From positions 1 to 64,000 of the IMG/VR virus record IMGVR_UViG_3300002220_003476: DNA of 64,000 nucleotides; one strand, 5' to 3'. The position numbers and the translations under genes were made by a program. Origin of the DNA: a virus (Duplodnaviria > Caudoviricetes). Shown here one piece after another: positions 9,220 to 18,854 of this stretch. How positions within the stretch are numbered: the first letter of the stretch is position 1; each line of letters begins with the position of its first letter. The notes below the pieces were generated by a model that was not told the DNA's origin, did not search any database, and saw only the letters and a program-made list of their open reading frames with translations.

Positions 9220-10281
9220 ATGATAATTTTAGGAAAAATAATTTCAAACGATTCACTAACTGTAATAGTAGATGATAATGGTGTTCAAGAATTCAGAATG
9301 GATATGACTCATCCAAAGTTTTTAGAGGCTGTTTCAGCACTAAGAAGCAATGAATTAACAAAGTTTGTTGAACTTTACAACTTTAATCCTATTGCAGATA
9401 TATCTAATATGAAAGGTATTACTATTGAAGGAGAAAAAATATTATATAATGGAATGGAACTACACTCAACTCTTGTTGACAGAATCTTAGAACTACGAAG
9501 ACAAAACTGCGATTTTGATGATATGGTTAAGTTTTTAGATAATCTAATGTCTAATCCATCAAACAGATCAGTAAATGAACTGTATAATTTCTTATCTCAT
9601 AAGAATCTGCCGATTACTGATGATGGACATTTTCTTGGATATAAGGCTGTAAAAATATATAACGGTTCAGATTTTACAGACGTTTTTGGTAATCCTGTTA
9701 CTGCCGGAGATTATGTAGATAAATATTCTGGAACAATTAGAAATAATGTTGGTGATGTAGTTAAAGTTGTACGTAATATGGTAAACGATGACTGTTCACA
9801 ACATTGTTCTCATGGTTTACACGTTGGTTCTTTAGAGTATTCTGGACCCGGTGGATGGTATAATAGATCATCTGACGTTGTTTTAATTGTCAAAGTTAAT
9901 CCAGCAGATGTTGTATCTGTTCCTTCAGATCATTCCCACACTAAATTACGATGTTGTAAGTATGAAGTTATATCAACATTTAGTGGAGTATTAAACAAGG
10001 CAGTCTATTCAGAGACTGATAGTCTATCATATGATGACTCTATTGATGAAATCAGGATTGAATGTTCAATAAACGATCTTTATCCAGGTGATAAGATTTC
10101 ATTTGTATACACTAATTCAGAAAATGAAACAGAAACCAGATATTTAATTGTTGACGAAGTAACCGATACTCATATTAGATCAACTTTGTATAATAAAGAT
10201 TATCGATATAATACAACACCTTCAAATTATAGAAATTTTAAGAAATCAAATATTCAAGGAATTATACATCGTGAATGGTAA
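9220..10281 (+). CDS. rIIB: rIIB-like protein
   Basis: NPS...ELYNFL...LPITDDGHFLGYK, CSHGLHVG, VKVNPADVVSVP...KLRCCKYEV motifs. Confidence 0.88.
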   Translation: MIILGKIISNDSLTVIVDDNGVQEFRMDMTHPKFLEAVSALRSNELTKFVELYNFNPIADISNMKGITIEGEKILYNGMELHSTLVDRILELRRQNCDFDDMVKFLDNLMSNPSNRSVNELYNFLSHKNLPITDDGHFLGYKAVKIYNGSDFTDVFGNPVTAGDYVDKYSGTIRNNVGDVVKVVRNMVNDDCSQHCSHGLHVGSLEYSGPGGWYNRSSDVVLIVKVNPADVVSVPSDHSHTKLRCCKYEVISTFSGVLNKAVYSETDSLSYDDSIDEIRIECSINDLYPGDKISFVYTNSENETETRYLIVDEVTDTHIRSTLYNKDYRYNTTPSNYRNFKKSNIQGIIHREW

Positions 10282-10801
10282 TCTTAGTAATGGTAGGTGT
10301 TATTTAGCAGGTCCAATGGATAGAGTTTCTGAAGAGGACGCTATTGGATGGAGAAACTATGTTACAGAAGAGTTAAAAAGTTATAACGTAACTGTTTATG
10401 ATCCAACAAAAAAACCAACCGACTTTGCACCAGAAATAGGCCTTAAAGAACATAGACAAGAACTAATCCGAGAAAAAAAATATGACCAATTATCAAAATT
10501 GATGAAGCCAATAGTTAGATATGACTTGAGGCTTGTAGATCGATGTGATTTTGTTATAGTATATATTGATACAGAAGTTCATCTAGCTGGCACTTATCAT
10601 GAAGTTGTAATAGCTTTATCACAAAGAAAGCCCGTATTAGCAGTTATTAAACAAGGTAAAAATAATTGCCCATATTGGTGGTTTGGGTGCTTAAAACATG
10701 AAACCATATTTTCTTCTTTTCAAGATCTTTTCAAGTATTTAGAAGAAATTAATACTAAAGATTTATCTGAAGATAAGTTGTGGAAACTGTTCTCTTACTA
10801 A
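10271..10801 (+). CDS. nucleoside 2-deoxyribosyltransferase-like protein
   Basis: YLAGPM...D...CDFVIVY...GTYHE motif pattern. Confidence 0.7.
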   Translation: MNGNLSNGRCYLAGPMDRVSEEDAIGWRNYVTEELKSYNVTVYDPTKKPTDFAPEIGLKEHRQELIREKKYDQLSKLMKPIVRYDLRLVDRCDFVIVYIDTEVHLAGTYHEVVIALSQRKPVLAVIKQGKNNCPYWWFGCLKHETIFSSFQDLFKYLEEINTKDLSEDKLWKLFSY

Positions 10802-10814
10802 TATTTCATTAAAA

Positions 10815-11693
10815 ATGATTTTCAAAGACAATAAAAATATTCCATTTAAATTAAAGCTTAGTAATCTTAATATGTACTTAAGCTCTTTTCCAGAAGATAT
10901 ATTCCTAAGTAAAGAACCTGGATATGAAGAAGCTATTATAGAAGGACTACATCTAGCTAGCAAATCCAAAGTACATGTTATGGGTCTAGCTAGAGATTGC
11001 GAAAAAGCCCTTTTCTATAATATTCATAGAGTTGAAAGATTATGTTCTATGTTTGCTGAATATTCTGTATTTGTATACGAAAATGATTCAGTTGATAAAA
11101 CAAAAAGAATTCTTAATCAATGGTCTAAAACATTTAATATTTCAGTGGAGTGTATAAACTCTGGAAAAATACGACACTCACAAGATCAATCAATAAATAG
11201 AATGACTGATATGGCTTATTATCGTAATGAGCTAGTAAAGTCAATACCAGATTGTGATTATGTAATAATGTATGACTTTGATATTATAGGAGGGTTTTCT
11301 TATGATGGAGTAATGTCTTCATTGGCATATGATTTAGATATAATAGGATCAAATTCCTTGATTCAATCTCCAACGAGCAATAAACTGCAAACAGATTTCG
11401 TATATTACGATACACTAGCTTTAAGACATTCAGAATTATCAACTAATGAAGAAAAACATTTATTAGCATTTAAAGATACCGTAGTTCAACGTGGTGCCTA
11501 TCCAATAGAGGTAGAAAGCTGTTTTGGTGGACTATCAGTATATAAACCTAAAATTTTTACAGAATGTAAATATGAGAATTGGGATTGTGAGCATGTGACC
11601 TTTAATGCTCAAGCCAGACACAAAGGTTATAAAGTTTGGTTAAATCCATCTCAAATAGTATTATACAACCCAACAAGATTTTGTCAAATATGA
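10815..11693 (+). CDS. GT-A fold glycosyltransferase-like protein
   Basis: GLARDC, YENDS.D, YRN, DFD (DxD), SCFGG and DCEHV motifs. Confidence 0.65.
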   Translation: MIFKDNKNIPFKLKLSNLNMYLSSFPEDIFLSKEPGYEEAIIEGLHLASKSKVHVMGLARDCEKALFYNIHRVERLCSMFAEYSVFVYENDSVDKTKRILNQWSKTFNISVECINSGKIRHSQDQSINRMTDMAYYRNELVKSIPDCDYVIMYDFDIIGGFSYDGVMSSLAYDLDIIGSNSLIQSPTSNKLQTDFVYYDTLALRHSELSTNEEKHLLAFKDTVVQRGAYPIEVESCFGGLSVYKPKIFTECKYENWDCEHVTFNAQARHKGYKVWLNPSQIVLYNPTRFCQI

Positions 11694-12322
11694 TAGTAAT
11701 TACAGGTGCTCCCAGAACAGGAACAACATATATAGAACGATATCTTAATCAAGATCCAAATATTTTAATTTTACATGAATGTGGACACTTGGTTTCTGGT
11801 AGCTCAAGGTTAAACTTTTTAGAAAACAGTGATTATTTTATAGATGAATTGAAGAAGAAAAATATCTCAATAAAAGAAATATCGGATAACTTCAATAATC
11901 TAGAAGAACATTTTAACAATTACGTCTTTGGAGATAAATATCCTTACTACTCAATGGTACTTGATAAAATTCCACAAGATGTAAAACTGATTCTTTGTGT
12001 TCGTAATCCATTCCATTCGCTTCAATCTATGGAAAACAAATTGGGTTGGTCCTACTCCGAATCCTTTAAAGTTTTATTGGAGTCATATGAAGGAATATTA
12101 CGACATAAAGATTCTTTTGATCATATTATTATTAAGTATGAAGACTATGTGTGTAATGAACAAAAGTTAAAAAGAGATCTTTCTAATTTTTTAGATGTAT
12201 CATTAAATATTGAAGATAAAGTTACTGAGAGTTATATACCTCCAATAGTACCTACATATATTGAAAAAGCTCTATTAGAAAATAGTACAATACAAAGTAT
12301 AATGCATCAGTTTAATTATTAA
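11690..12322 (+). CDS. sulfotransferase family protein
   Basis: ITGAPRTGTT 5'-PSB-like loop, GDKYP, VRNP...S, KYEDYV; start moved to the ATGA overlap at 11690. Confidence 0.75.
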   Translation: MIVITGAPRTGTTYIERYLNQDPNILILHECGHLVSGSSRLNFLENSDYFIDELKKKNISIKEISDNFNNLEEHFNNYVFGDKYPYYSMVLDKIPQDVKLILCVRNPFHSLQSMENKLGWSYSESFKVLLESYEGILRHKDSFDHIIIKYEDYVCNEQKLKRDLSNFLDVSLNIEDKVTESYIPPIVPTYIEKALLENSTIQSIMHQFNY

Positions 12323-12376
12323 AAATTATGATGGACTATGCTTCGATGCGTACATCTCCACTTAAAAGGAAATAAG

Positions 12377-12775
12377 ATGTTACAAGAAAAAATAAATCAA
12401 AAAACTAATGAACTAAAACAAATTCTAATAGAAGAATGCGATAAAGAACTTAGATTTTTAATGTACAAATTATATGATTTAGAAAATAAATTAGCCGGTA
12501 GATATTCTGAAGATTTTGAAAAATATTTTATTAATAGTAATAGTATTAAATTATGTGTATATATTGAATACGAATGTTATGACAAAATTTATGGACAAAT
12601 AATAGAAAATAATATATGTAAACTTGAAGATAATATTAAAGAAGTAGAACAATTAATCATAGATAAAGAAGAGTCTCTTAAAAAGAGAAAACAAGAAGCT
12701 GATAATTATGAATACAATCAATATATTAAACTTAAGAATAAATATGAAAAACCAAATTTAGATAAAACAAGCTAA
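12377..12775 (+). CDS. hypothetical coiled-coil protein
   Basis: ORF; SD-like AAGGA upstream of ATG 12377. Confidence 0.5.
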   Translation: MLQEKINQKTNELKQILIEECDKELRFLMYKLYDLENKLAGRYSEDFEKYFINSNSIKLCVYIEYECYDKIYGQIIENNICKLEDNIKEVEQLIIDKEESLKKRKQEADNYEYNQYIKLKNKYEKPNLDKTS

Positions 12776-13074
12776 TGTCAAAATTTAATATTAAAGATTT
12801 AGTTTATTATGAAAATGATAAATGGTATATATGTGGAATTAAAGTAAAACTTGGATATGATTTTGTAGATTATGAATATTCGATATGTAAAGGAGACTAT
12901 CAAGATCACAACCCCAAATATTGGGGCTGTAAAATTGATTGGAGTATTAAAGATCATATTCCTGAATTTAAACTATATACTGAATTAGAATATAAAACAC
13001 TCAATAAAACTAAAATTGAAAAAGAAATTAAAGCTTTAGAAGATAAATTAGCTGAATTAAAAGAATTAATATAA
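12775..13074 (+). CDS. hypothetical protein
   Basis: ORF with TAATG overlaps. Confidence 0.5.
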   Translation: MSKFNIKDLVYYENDKWYICGIKVKLGYDFVDYEYSICKGDYQDHNPKYWGCKIDWSIKDHIPEFKLYTELEYKTLNKTKIEKEIKALEDKLAELKELI

Positions 13075-13961
13075 TGATCTTGAAAAATCTTGAAAAGGAA
13101 AAATTAATACATCCTCCAAAATGGATGTGTGATAATACTCAATATCTTTGTAGGATGGGTAGTGTTATGTACGGTCTTAATACTGACACTTCTGATGAAG
13201 ATTTATATGGCTGGTGTATACCTCCAAAGACTTTAGTTTTTCCACATTTAGCTGGGGAAATTCCTGGTTTTGGCAAACAGATTCAAAGATTTGAACAATG
13301 GCAACAGCATCATATCAAGTTTAAAGAAAAAGAATATGACTTTCAAGTCTTCTCTATTGTTAAGTTCTTTCAGTTATGTCTTGAAAATAATCCAAACGTA
13401 ATTGAAGCACTATATTGTCCAATTAAACATATCTTACATTCCACAGAAGTATCTAAGTTAGTGAGAGATAACAGACATTTATTTTTATCTAAAGGTGTAA
13501 AACATAAACTGGTCGGGTATGCTTACTCTCAATTACATAAAATGAAGACTAAAACGCCCGAAGAAGGTAGTAACAGATATGAAGATGTTCAAACCCACGG
13601 TTTTGATAGGAAGTACGCCTACCATTTAGTCAGATTAGTTTTCCAATGTCAGTTTATACTTGAGAATTGTGATCTTCAATTTGAACGCCCAGACGTACAA
13701 TACTTAAAGGCAATACGTGCAGGCGAAGTTAGTGAAGATGATATTCTTTCTCTCTTTCAAGAAAAAGAAAAAACTCTTGAAAAACTATATGTTGATAGTA
13801 AACTACAATATCAACCAGATGAAGCTAAAATTAAACAACTTTTATTACAAGTTTTAGAAATACACTATCAAAGTGTTGATGTGATTATACCAGATAGGTA
13901 TGAAAAAGCTATATCTGAAATTGAGGATATTATCACAAAACTAAGAAAGACAAATATATGA
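13074..13961 (+). CDS. predicted nucleotidyltransferase (Pol beta superfamily, phage type)
   Basis: GSVMYGLNTDTSDED (GS, DxD) motif; NPN..E and KYAYHLVRL motifs. Confidence 0.8.
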   Translation: MILKNLEKEKLIHPPKWMCDNTQYLCRMGSVMYGLNTDTSDEDLYGWCIPPKTLVFPHLAGEIPGFGKQIQRFEQWQQHHIKFKEKEYDFQVFSIVKFFQLCLENNPNVIEALYCPIKHILHSTEVSKLVRDNRHLFLSKGVKHKLVGYAYSQLHKMKTKTPEEGSNRYEDVQTHGFDRKYAYHLVRLVFQCQFILENCDLQFERPDVQYLKAIRAGEVSEDDILSLFQEKEKTLEKLYVDSKLQYQPDEAKIKQLLLQVLEIHYQSVDVIIPDRYEKAISEIEDIITKLRKTNI

Positions 13962-14170
13962 CACTTCACTGGACCTCGGTTTTCTCTAAATCTGTGCTAG
14001 TATGGAGAGCCGAGTCACATGCCAATAAATATACCGTTATGCTGGGAACCCTGCTGTACATAGACCCTTGCGGGTACAGAGCACATTATGATTGTGGGAC
14101 AGACGAGGAAGCTAAAGTTCTAGCAAACAAAATCAATAATGATAAAATAGGGATTGGGGAAAGCGAGTAA
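13958..14170 (+). CDS. hypothetical protein
   Basis: ORF with ATGA overlap. Confidence 0.45.
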   Translation: MTLHWTSVFSKSVLVWRAESHANKYTVMLGTLLYIDPCGYRAHYDCGTDEEAKVLANKINNDKIGIGESE

Positions 14171-14269
14171 GTAGGATATGTCAACACTTATACTTTCTTC
14201 TTTCTCTGAATTACACAGTTAAATACCCAAAACTAAAACTATCAGAAAACGAAGATATAGGATAAAATA

Positions 14270-14488
14270 ATGACACACAGATTATGGAACATACAACTAA
14301 AAATTAATAATTATCATCAATTAAAACAGCCAATTAGTGATGATGAACTAAGAGAATTAAGACACGGATTACTCAATTTTGAAAAATATTTCAGAGCTAG
14401 AGGAGAAAATCTATTAGCTACATTTTTTGTTAATGAAATTATTTCTGTTGAAAATATACTATTTGCTAGAAATACTAGCTTTAATTGA
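14270..14488 (+). CDS. hypothetical protein
   Basis: ORF. Confidence 0.45.
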   Translation: MTHRLWNIQLKINNYHQLKQPISDDELRELRHGLLNFEKYFRARGENLLATFFVNEIISVENILFARNTSFN

Positions 14489-14583
14489 AGCAATGAAAAT
14501 TTTAGCAAACGATATTATTTGTGATGATGGTGTAGCTAATGCTACTATTCTAGAAGTTGCTTACAGACTTGAAGAGTTAATCA

Positions 14584-14874
14584 ATGAATAATGTTGATGA
14601 AATAATAGTTAGTTACATTGACAGTATGATAAAAAATGACTGTCGTGATGAAGCGATGGATTATTTGTATGACATAATTGATACTTTGATCAAAAACGAT
14701 GATCTAGGTATTATTGACAAAATATTATTGCATGATCCCACCTATTTAGAAATAGATACTATTCTTGGTATTTTGACCACAACTCTTCCAGCTAAAAATA
14801 GTCTAACTAACAGACAGGTGTTTTTTGAAAAGGCTCAATTTCTTGGACAGGAACTATTAGAAGGATTAAATTAA
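14584..14874 (+). CDS. hypothetical protein
   Basis: ORF. Confidence 0.5.
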   Translation: MNNVDEIIVSYIDSMIKNDCRDEAMDYLYDIIDTLIKNDDLGIIDKILLHDPTYLEIDTILGILTTTLPAKNSLTNRQVFFEKAQFLGQELLEGLN

Positions 14875-15230
14875 TGCTATTAATAGCCTATAAACCTTAT
14901 TCTGAATGTTACCACGGTGGTTCTTTATGCAATACTTATTTTAGCGATTTTATCCATTTAGAAACAGAAGATATTGAAGAAATCATTAAACAGTTAATAA
15001 TTGTTTTTGCTGATACTTTATTATGTTGTGAAAAACCTTACGAGGTATACTTGCACAATTGCGATTCAGAGTATATAATTTCTGAAGCCAAACGTAGATC
15101 AGAACAAATTATACAACAAAGAATTCAAGATGCTATTTTAGAAAGACAACGAAAAGATCAAGAAAGAAAAGATTCAATCAAAGAACAAAGACGTAAAAAG
15201 TATGAAGAACTCAAGAGAGAGTTTGAATGA
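14874..15230 (+). CDS. hypothetical protein
   Basis: ORF with overlaps. Confidence 0.5.
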   Translation: MLLIAYKPYSECYHGGSLCNTYFSDFIHLETEDIEEIIKQLIIVFADTLLCCEKPYEVYLHNCDSEYIISEAKRRSEQIIQQRIQDAILERQRKDQERKDSIKEQRRKKYEELKREFE

Positions 15231-15559
15231 GAGAAATTAAATTCAGAATTTGGGATGGTAATGGTTTCATTTATAATGGAGTTACACCATTTGAGTTGAT
15301 TCAGAACGCTGTTTATGATACAACGGTTATGTTTTCTTTGCAGAAAAAGTGTATATGGCAACAATATACTGGACTTAAAGATATTAATGGTAAGGAAATC
15401 TACGAGGGTGATATTTTAAAAGTGCAAATCCCGAGTCTTAATATACAAACTTCAGAAGTCATATTCTACGAAGGTAGATTTGATTTCAAAAGCATAGCAG
15501 TAACCAGACTTAGTGATTATGTGGAATATTGTGAAATTATTGGAAATATTTATGATTAA
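15227..15559 (+). CDS. YopX family protein
   Basis: MREIKFRIWD...QQYTGLKDINGKEIYEGDIL...EIIGNIY. Confidence 0.9.
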   Translation: MREIKFRIWDGNGFIYNGVTPFELIQNAVYDTTVMFSLQKKCIWQQYTGLKDINGKEIYEGDILKVQIPSLNIQTSEVIFYEGRFDFKSIAVTRLSDYVEYCEIIGNIYD

Positions 15560-16067
15560 AATAGATGACTTAAATAGACCTCCGAAGATGGGGGAAACGT
15601 ATTTAGTTCCATGTTATAGATTTAACTATACAGAACATAAAAATGAATTTCAATTATCATGGCTTGATGTAGATAATTATCAACAAACAACTATTTTTAT
15701 ACCAGTAATAAATCATCCCCATTCAGATTACGAAAACGGGCAAAAATACATACACTATCATGTGGATTTTAGATTTACTAATGGAGAGTATGAAATACCA
15801 TGTTATACAACAGAATATCTATATTATGGCCATGTTTTAATGAGAATAAATAAAGAATTTACTCCGGTTTATAAACCTTTTAAAGTTATTAACGAACATC
15901 AAAGATTTATAACAGATGAGATATTCATACAAAAGTCTAAATTTAAAAAATGCATAAAGAACAACAGATGTCCACATAGAGGATATGATTTAAGTCAGGT
16001 AAGACAGATTAATGGATGTATAACGTGCCCATTACATGGATTAAAATTAAACTATGAACTTTCATAA
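15552..16067 (+). CDS. hypothetical protein with C-terminal Rieske-type [2Fe-2S] motif
   Basis: CPHRG...CPLHG (CxH...CxxH). Confidence 0.6.
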   Translation: MIKIDDLNRPPKMGETYLVPCYRFNYTEHKNEFQLSWLDVDNYQQTTIFIPVINHPHSDYENGQKYIHYHVDFRFTNGEYEIPCYTTEYLYYGHVLMRINKEFTPVYKPFKVINEHQRFITDEIFIQKSKFKKCIKNNRCPHRGYDLSQVRQINGCITCPLHGLKLNYELS

Positions 16068-16116
16068 AAGAAAAAAGATTCGCATAGAATATTACATATG
16101 GAAATCCTAAATAACG

Positions 16117-16956
16117 ATGAAAACGCTAACATCTAAAATAGACAAAACTGTAAACTTCATAGTGAATCATCGTGATGGTAAACTAGAATCACGTTATGTC
16201 AAACGTCGAAAAGACGACTTCACCTGCTATTTAAGTAGTCATAATGGTTGCAATAAAGGTTGCAAATTCTGCTGGCTCACCCAAACAAAACAAATCACGT
16301 TTCATCCAGCAACACTTCTAGATATAGTCAATCAAGCAAAACCAGTTCTTGAACACGCCTCGAAAGATGAAACAAATAAACAGGTTAATTTTTCCTTCAT
16401 GTCTAGGGGTGAACCGCTATCTAATCCCAATATTCAACAATATTGGCCGGAGATTTCTAACGCTTTGTATCTTGAAGCAAGAAAATATGGTTTCATTCCA
16501 ACATTTAATATCTCAACGATCATGCCTAAAGATGCGAACATGAGTCTACGAGAAGTTTTTTCAGTTAATTGTCCAACTATTTATTACTCTTTGTATAGTA
16601 TTGATCCAGAATTTAAGAGAGAATGGATGCCGGGAGCAATGTGGGAATTTCGTGCTTTGAGATTACTTCAGGACTATCAGGAATTCTCACAGAAGATTAT
16701 CAAAATTCATGGAGCATTGATTGAAGGACAAAATGACGATTTAAGCGAATGGATTGAGATAATGAATTATATTGATGCGATTGGACTGAGGATTAAAGTA
16801 CAATTTGTAAGATATAATCCAAAAGATGAAAGCAAAGAGTCGAATGTATTTGACTTTATTGAGAAGTTGAGGTATAATACAAGTCAGCCTGTTTCTGTGG
16901 TTGACCGTGTTGGTCAAGATGTTTATGGTTCTTGCGGGATGTTTGATTATGAATAG
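16117..16956 (+). CDS. RlmN/Cfr-like radical SAM enzyme
   Basis: SSHNGCNKGCKFC (CxxxCxxC), MSRGEPLSN, C-terminal GSCGMF. Confidence 0.8.
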   Translation: MKTLTSKIDKTVNFIVNHRDGKLESRYVKRRKDDFTCYLSSHNGCNKGCKFCWLTQTKQITFHPATLLDIVNQAKPVLEHASKDETNKQVNFSFMSRGEPLSNPNIQQYWPEISNALYLEARKYGFIPTFNISTIMPKDANMSLREVFSVNCPTIYYSLYSIDPEFKREWMPGAMWEFRALRLLQDYQEFSQKIIKIHGALIEGQNDDLSEWIEIMNYIDAIGLRIKVQFVRYNPKDESKESNVFDFIEKLRYNTSQPVSVVDRVGQDVYGSCGMFDYE

Positions 16957-17176
16957 ATTTATTGAGTATAAAGATTATTTTTTAAAATCAGAATATGATA
17001 AAGACTGGGAAGTATATTTTGGCTATACAAAAAATATATCTCATACAATAGAATTCTCAAAAAAGGAATGGCAACAGTTTTGTGATAAAAACAAATTTCC
17101 AGAGTTTTATAAAAAACTAACGTATTTTACATATAAGATAAGACCATTTGTATTTATTAAAATAGGTGTTTTATGA
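16949..17176 (+). CDS. hypothetical protein
   Basis: ORF; probable start MNRF at 16949. Confidence 0.45.
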   Translation: MNRFIEYKDYFLKSEYDKDWEVYFGYTKNISHTIEFSKKEWQQFCDKNKFPEFYKKLTYFTYKIRPFVFIKIGVL

Positions 17177-17424
17177 TAGAACTTAAAGCAAATATTAAAG
17201 TAACAAAAGAGTATTCTGGCAAATCTAAGTTTACTTTTTGGAATGATCTTCGTATTGGTGATGTAATGACTATTACACATAATTTAGGTCATATAGGTGG
17301 TAATCGAGGATATATGTATTCACCTACTATAGTATTTACTGTTAATGATATTGCATTCAGTAGTTCATACAATACTGCTACAAATTATCTATCAAAAATT
17401 GGATTTGAAAAATATGACAGTTGA
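17173..17424 (+). CDS. hypothetical protein
   Basis: ORF with ATGA overlap. Confidence 0.5.
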   Translation: MIELKANIKVTKEYSGKSKFTFWNDLRIGDVMTITHNLGHIGGNRGYMYSPTIVFTVNDIAFSSSYNTATNYLSKIGFEKYDS

Positions 17425-17770
17425 TATTGACTATGTGTACAGTAGGCTAGTATGTGAATTCAATCACTATGACATATGTATTGATGGTATTATTGAGGTT
17501 GATGGAGTAAAGAAATTCTGCAAACTTTATGATGATCATTTAGAAACAGATAGAATTGCCGAATACGAGATATATGATGTGGATTGGACATCTGAATGCC
17601 TAGAGTATCTTGATGATTATATGAAGACCTTTAACCATTGGTGTTACAAAAATTGTAAACGCCAGAGAGGATTAGACGAATACACCAAGAATATAAAATG
17701 GTTCAATGAAAAATGGGATAAAAATCCAATTAGGAAACAGATAAAGGATAGAACATGCCACCAATTATAG
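17414..17770 (+). CDS. hypothetical protein
   Basis: ORF; probable start MTVDIDY at 17414. Confidence 0.5.
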   Translation: MTVDIDYVYSRLVCEFNHYDICIDGIIEVDGVKKFCKLYDDHLETDRIAEYEIYDVDWTSECLEYLDDYMKTFNHWCYKNCKRQRGLDEYTKNIKWFNEKWDKNPIRKQIKDRTCHQL

Positions 17771-18147
17771 GGATAATATTACTCATACCATTTGGTATGG
17801 TAGGGTTACTAACATTAATTTTCTCTTTAATAGAAAAAGATGCGAAATCATTCAAATTATTTTGTGTATTTTTTCTATTTTGTGTTTTGGATATTTATTT
17901 TTTAAATTTTACTATTGATTATGAGCAAATTGGTGTATATAAGGTTTATTTGGTACAGAATCAAGCAGAAATAAGATTTCCATTAAAAGATGGTTCTACA
18001 AAAATCGTGAGTCTAAATAGATTATTCAATAGAAATTTTGAAGAAGATGAAGAAGTGGTGGTATACAAACCTGTTGATAAATGGTATGGCCCATTTTATG
18101 TTTCTTCTTTAGATCCAGAATATCCTTGGAGATATGAGATAAAATGA
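17755..18147 (+). CDS. hypothetical membrane protein
   Basis: Two hydrophobic N-terminal segments. Confidence 0.55.
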   Translation: MPPIIGIILLIPFGMVGLLTLIFSLIEKDAKSFKLFCVFFLFCVLDIYFLNFTIDYEQIGVYKVYLVQNQAEIRFPLKDGSTKIVSLNRLFNRNFEEDEEVVVYKPVDKWYGPFYVSSLDPEYPWRYEIK

Positions 18148-18854
18148 CTGATTCATTAAAAATATTACAAAAATCTTGGTGTAAAGAAACGTCATCTGAT
18201 TCCGACAATTGGACGGAAGATAATCCAGCTTGGGGACAATGTGCAATAACTACCGTATTAATTCAAGAAATGTTTGGTGGAGAAATTTTACACTCCTTTG
18301 TTTATTCGAAAGGAAAAGATTATTCACATTATTATAATGTTCTACCTGATAATTCAATAATTGATATAACTGCTATTCAATTTGATAAACGTGCTTATTT
18401 TGATTCATATGATGAACCAAATCCAAATATTGATATTAAGAATTATATTCTTTCATATCCAGAAACTCTAGAACGATATAAACTGCTAGTAAGTAGATTT
18501 TCTAATAATTTACAATCAATTTTATATAAGCTACAAGAATCATTAAATGGCTGGACTGCAATTTGGGCAGCAGATATTGAAGACGATGATTGTGATTGGT
18601 GGTATATTACACCAACTAAATCATGGAAAAGAGAAGGGTATATTATAGACTTAAAAGATTTCCAATTAGGAGATTTAGATATAGAAATTCCAGAAGATTG
18701 TAATTCATTATCTGAACTAATTCCTTTACCTAAATCTAATCCTTTTGAATATATATGGGATGAATGTATTGAAGATGGATACACAAGTAGAAGAGATTAT
18801 GAAACAGAAAAACAAGACCTAATAAGGGCAGGATTTAAAATTCATGATAAATAA
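18144..18854 (+). CDS. YunG-like domain fused to an unknown C-terminal domain
   Basis: SW..ETS...W...NPAWGQCAITTVLIQEMFGGEI...HYYN...D.T..QF. Confidence 0.7.
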   Translation: MTDSLKILQKSWCKETSSDSDNWTEDNPAWGQCAITTVLIQEMFGGEILHSFVYSKGKDYSHYYNVLPDNSIIDITAIQFDKRAYFDSYDEPNPNIDIKNYILSYPETLERYKLLVSRFSNNLQSILYKLQESLNGWTAIWAADIEDDDCDWWYITPTKSWKREGYIIDLKDFQLGDLDIEIPEDCNSLSELIPLPKSNPFEYIWDECIEDGYTSRRDYETEKQDLIRAGFKIHDK

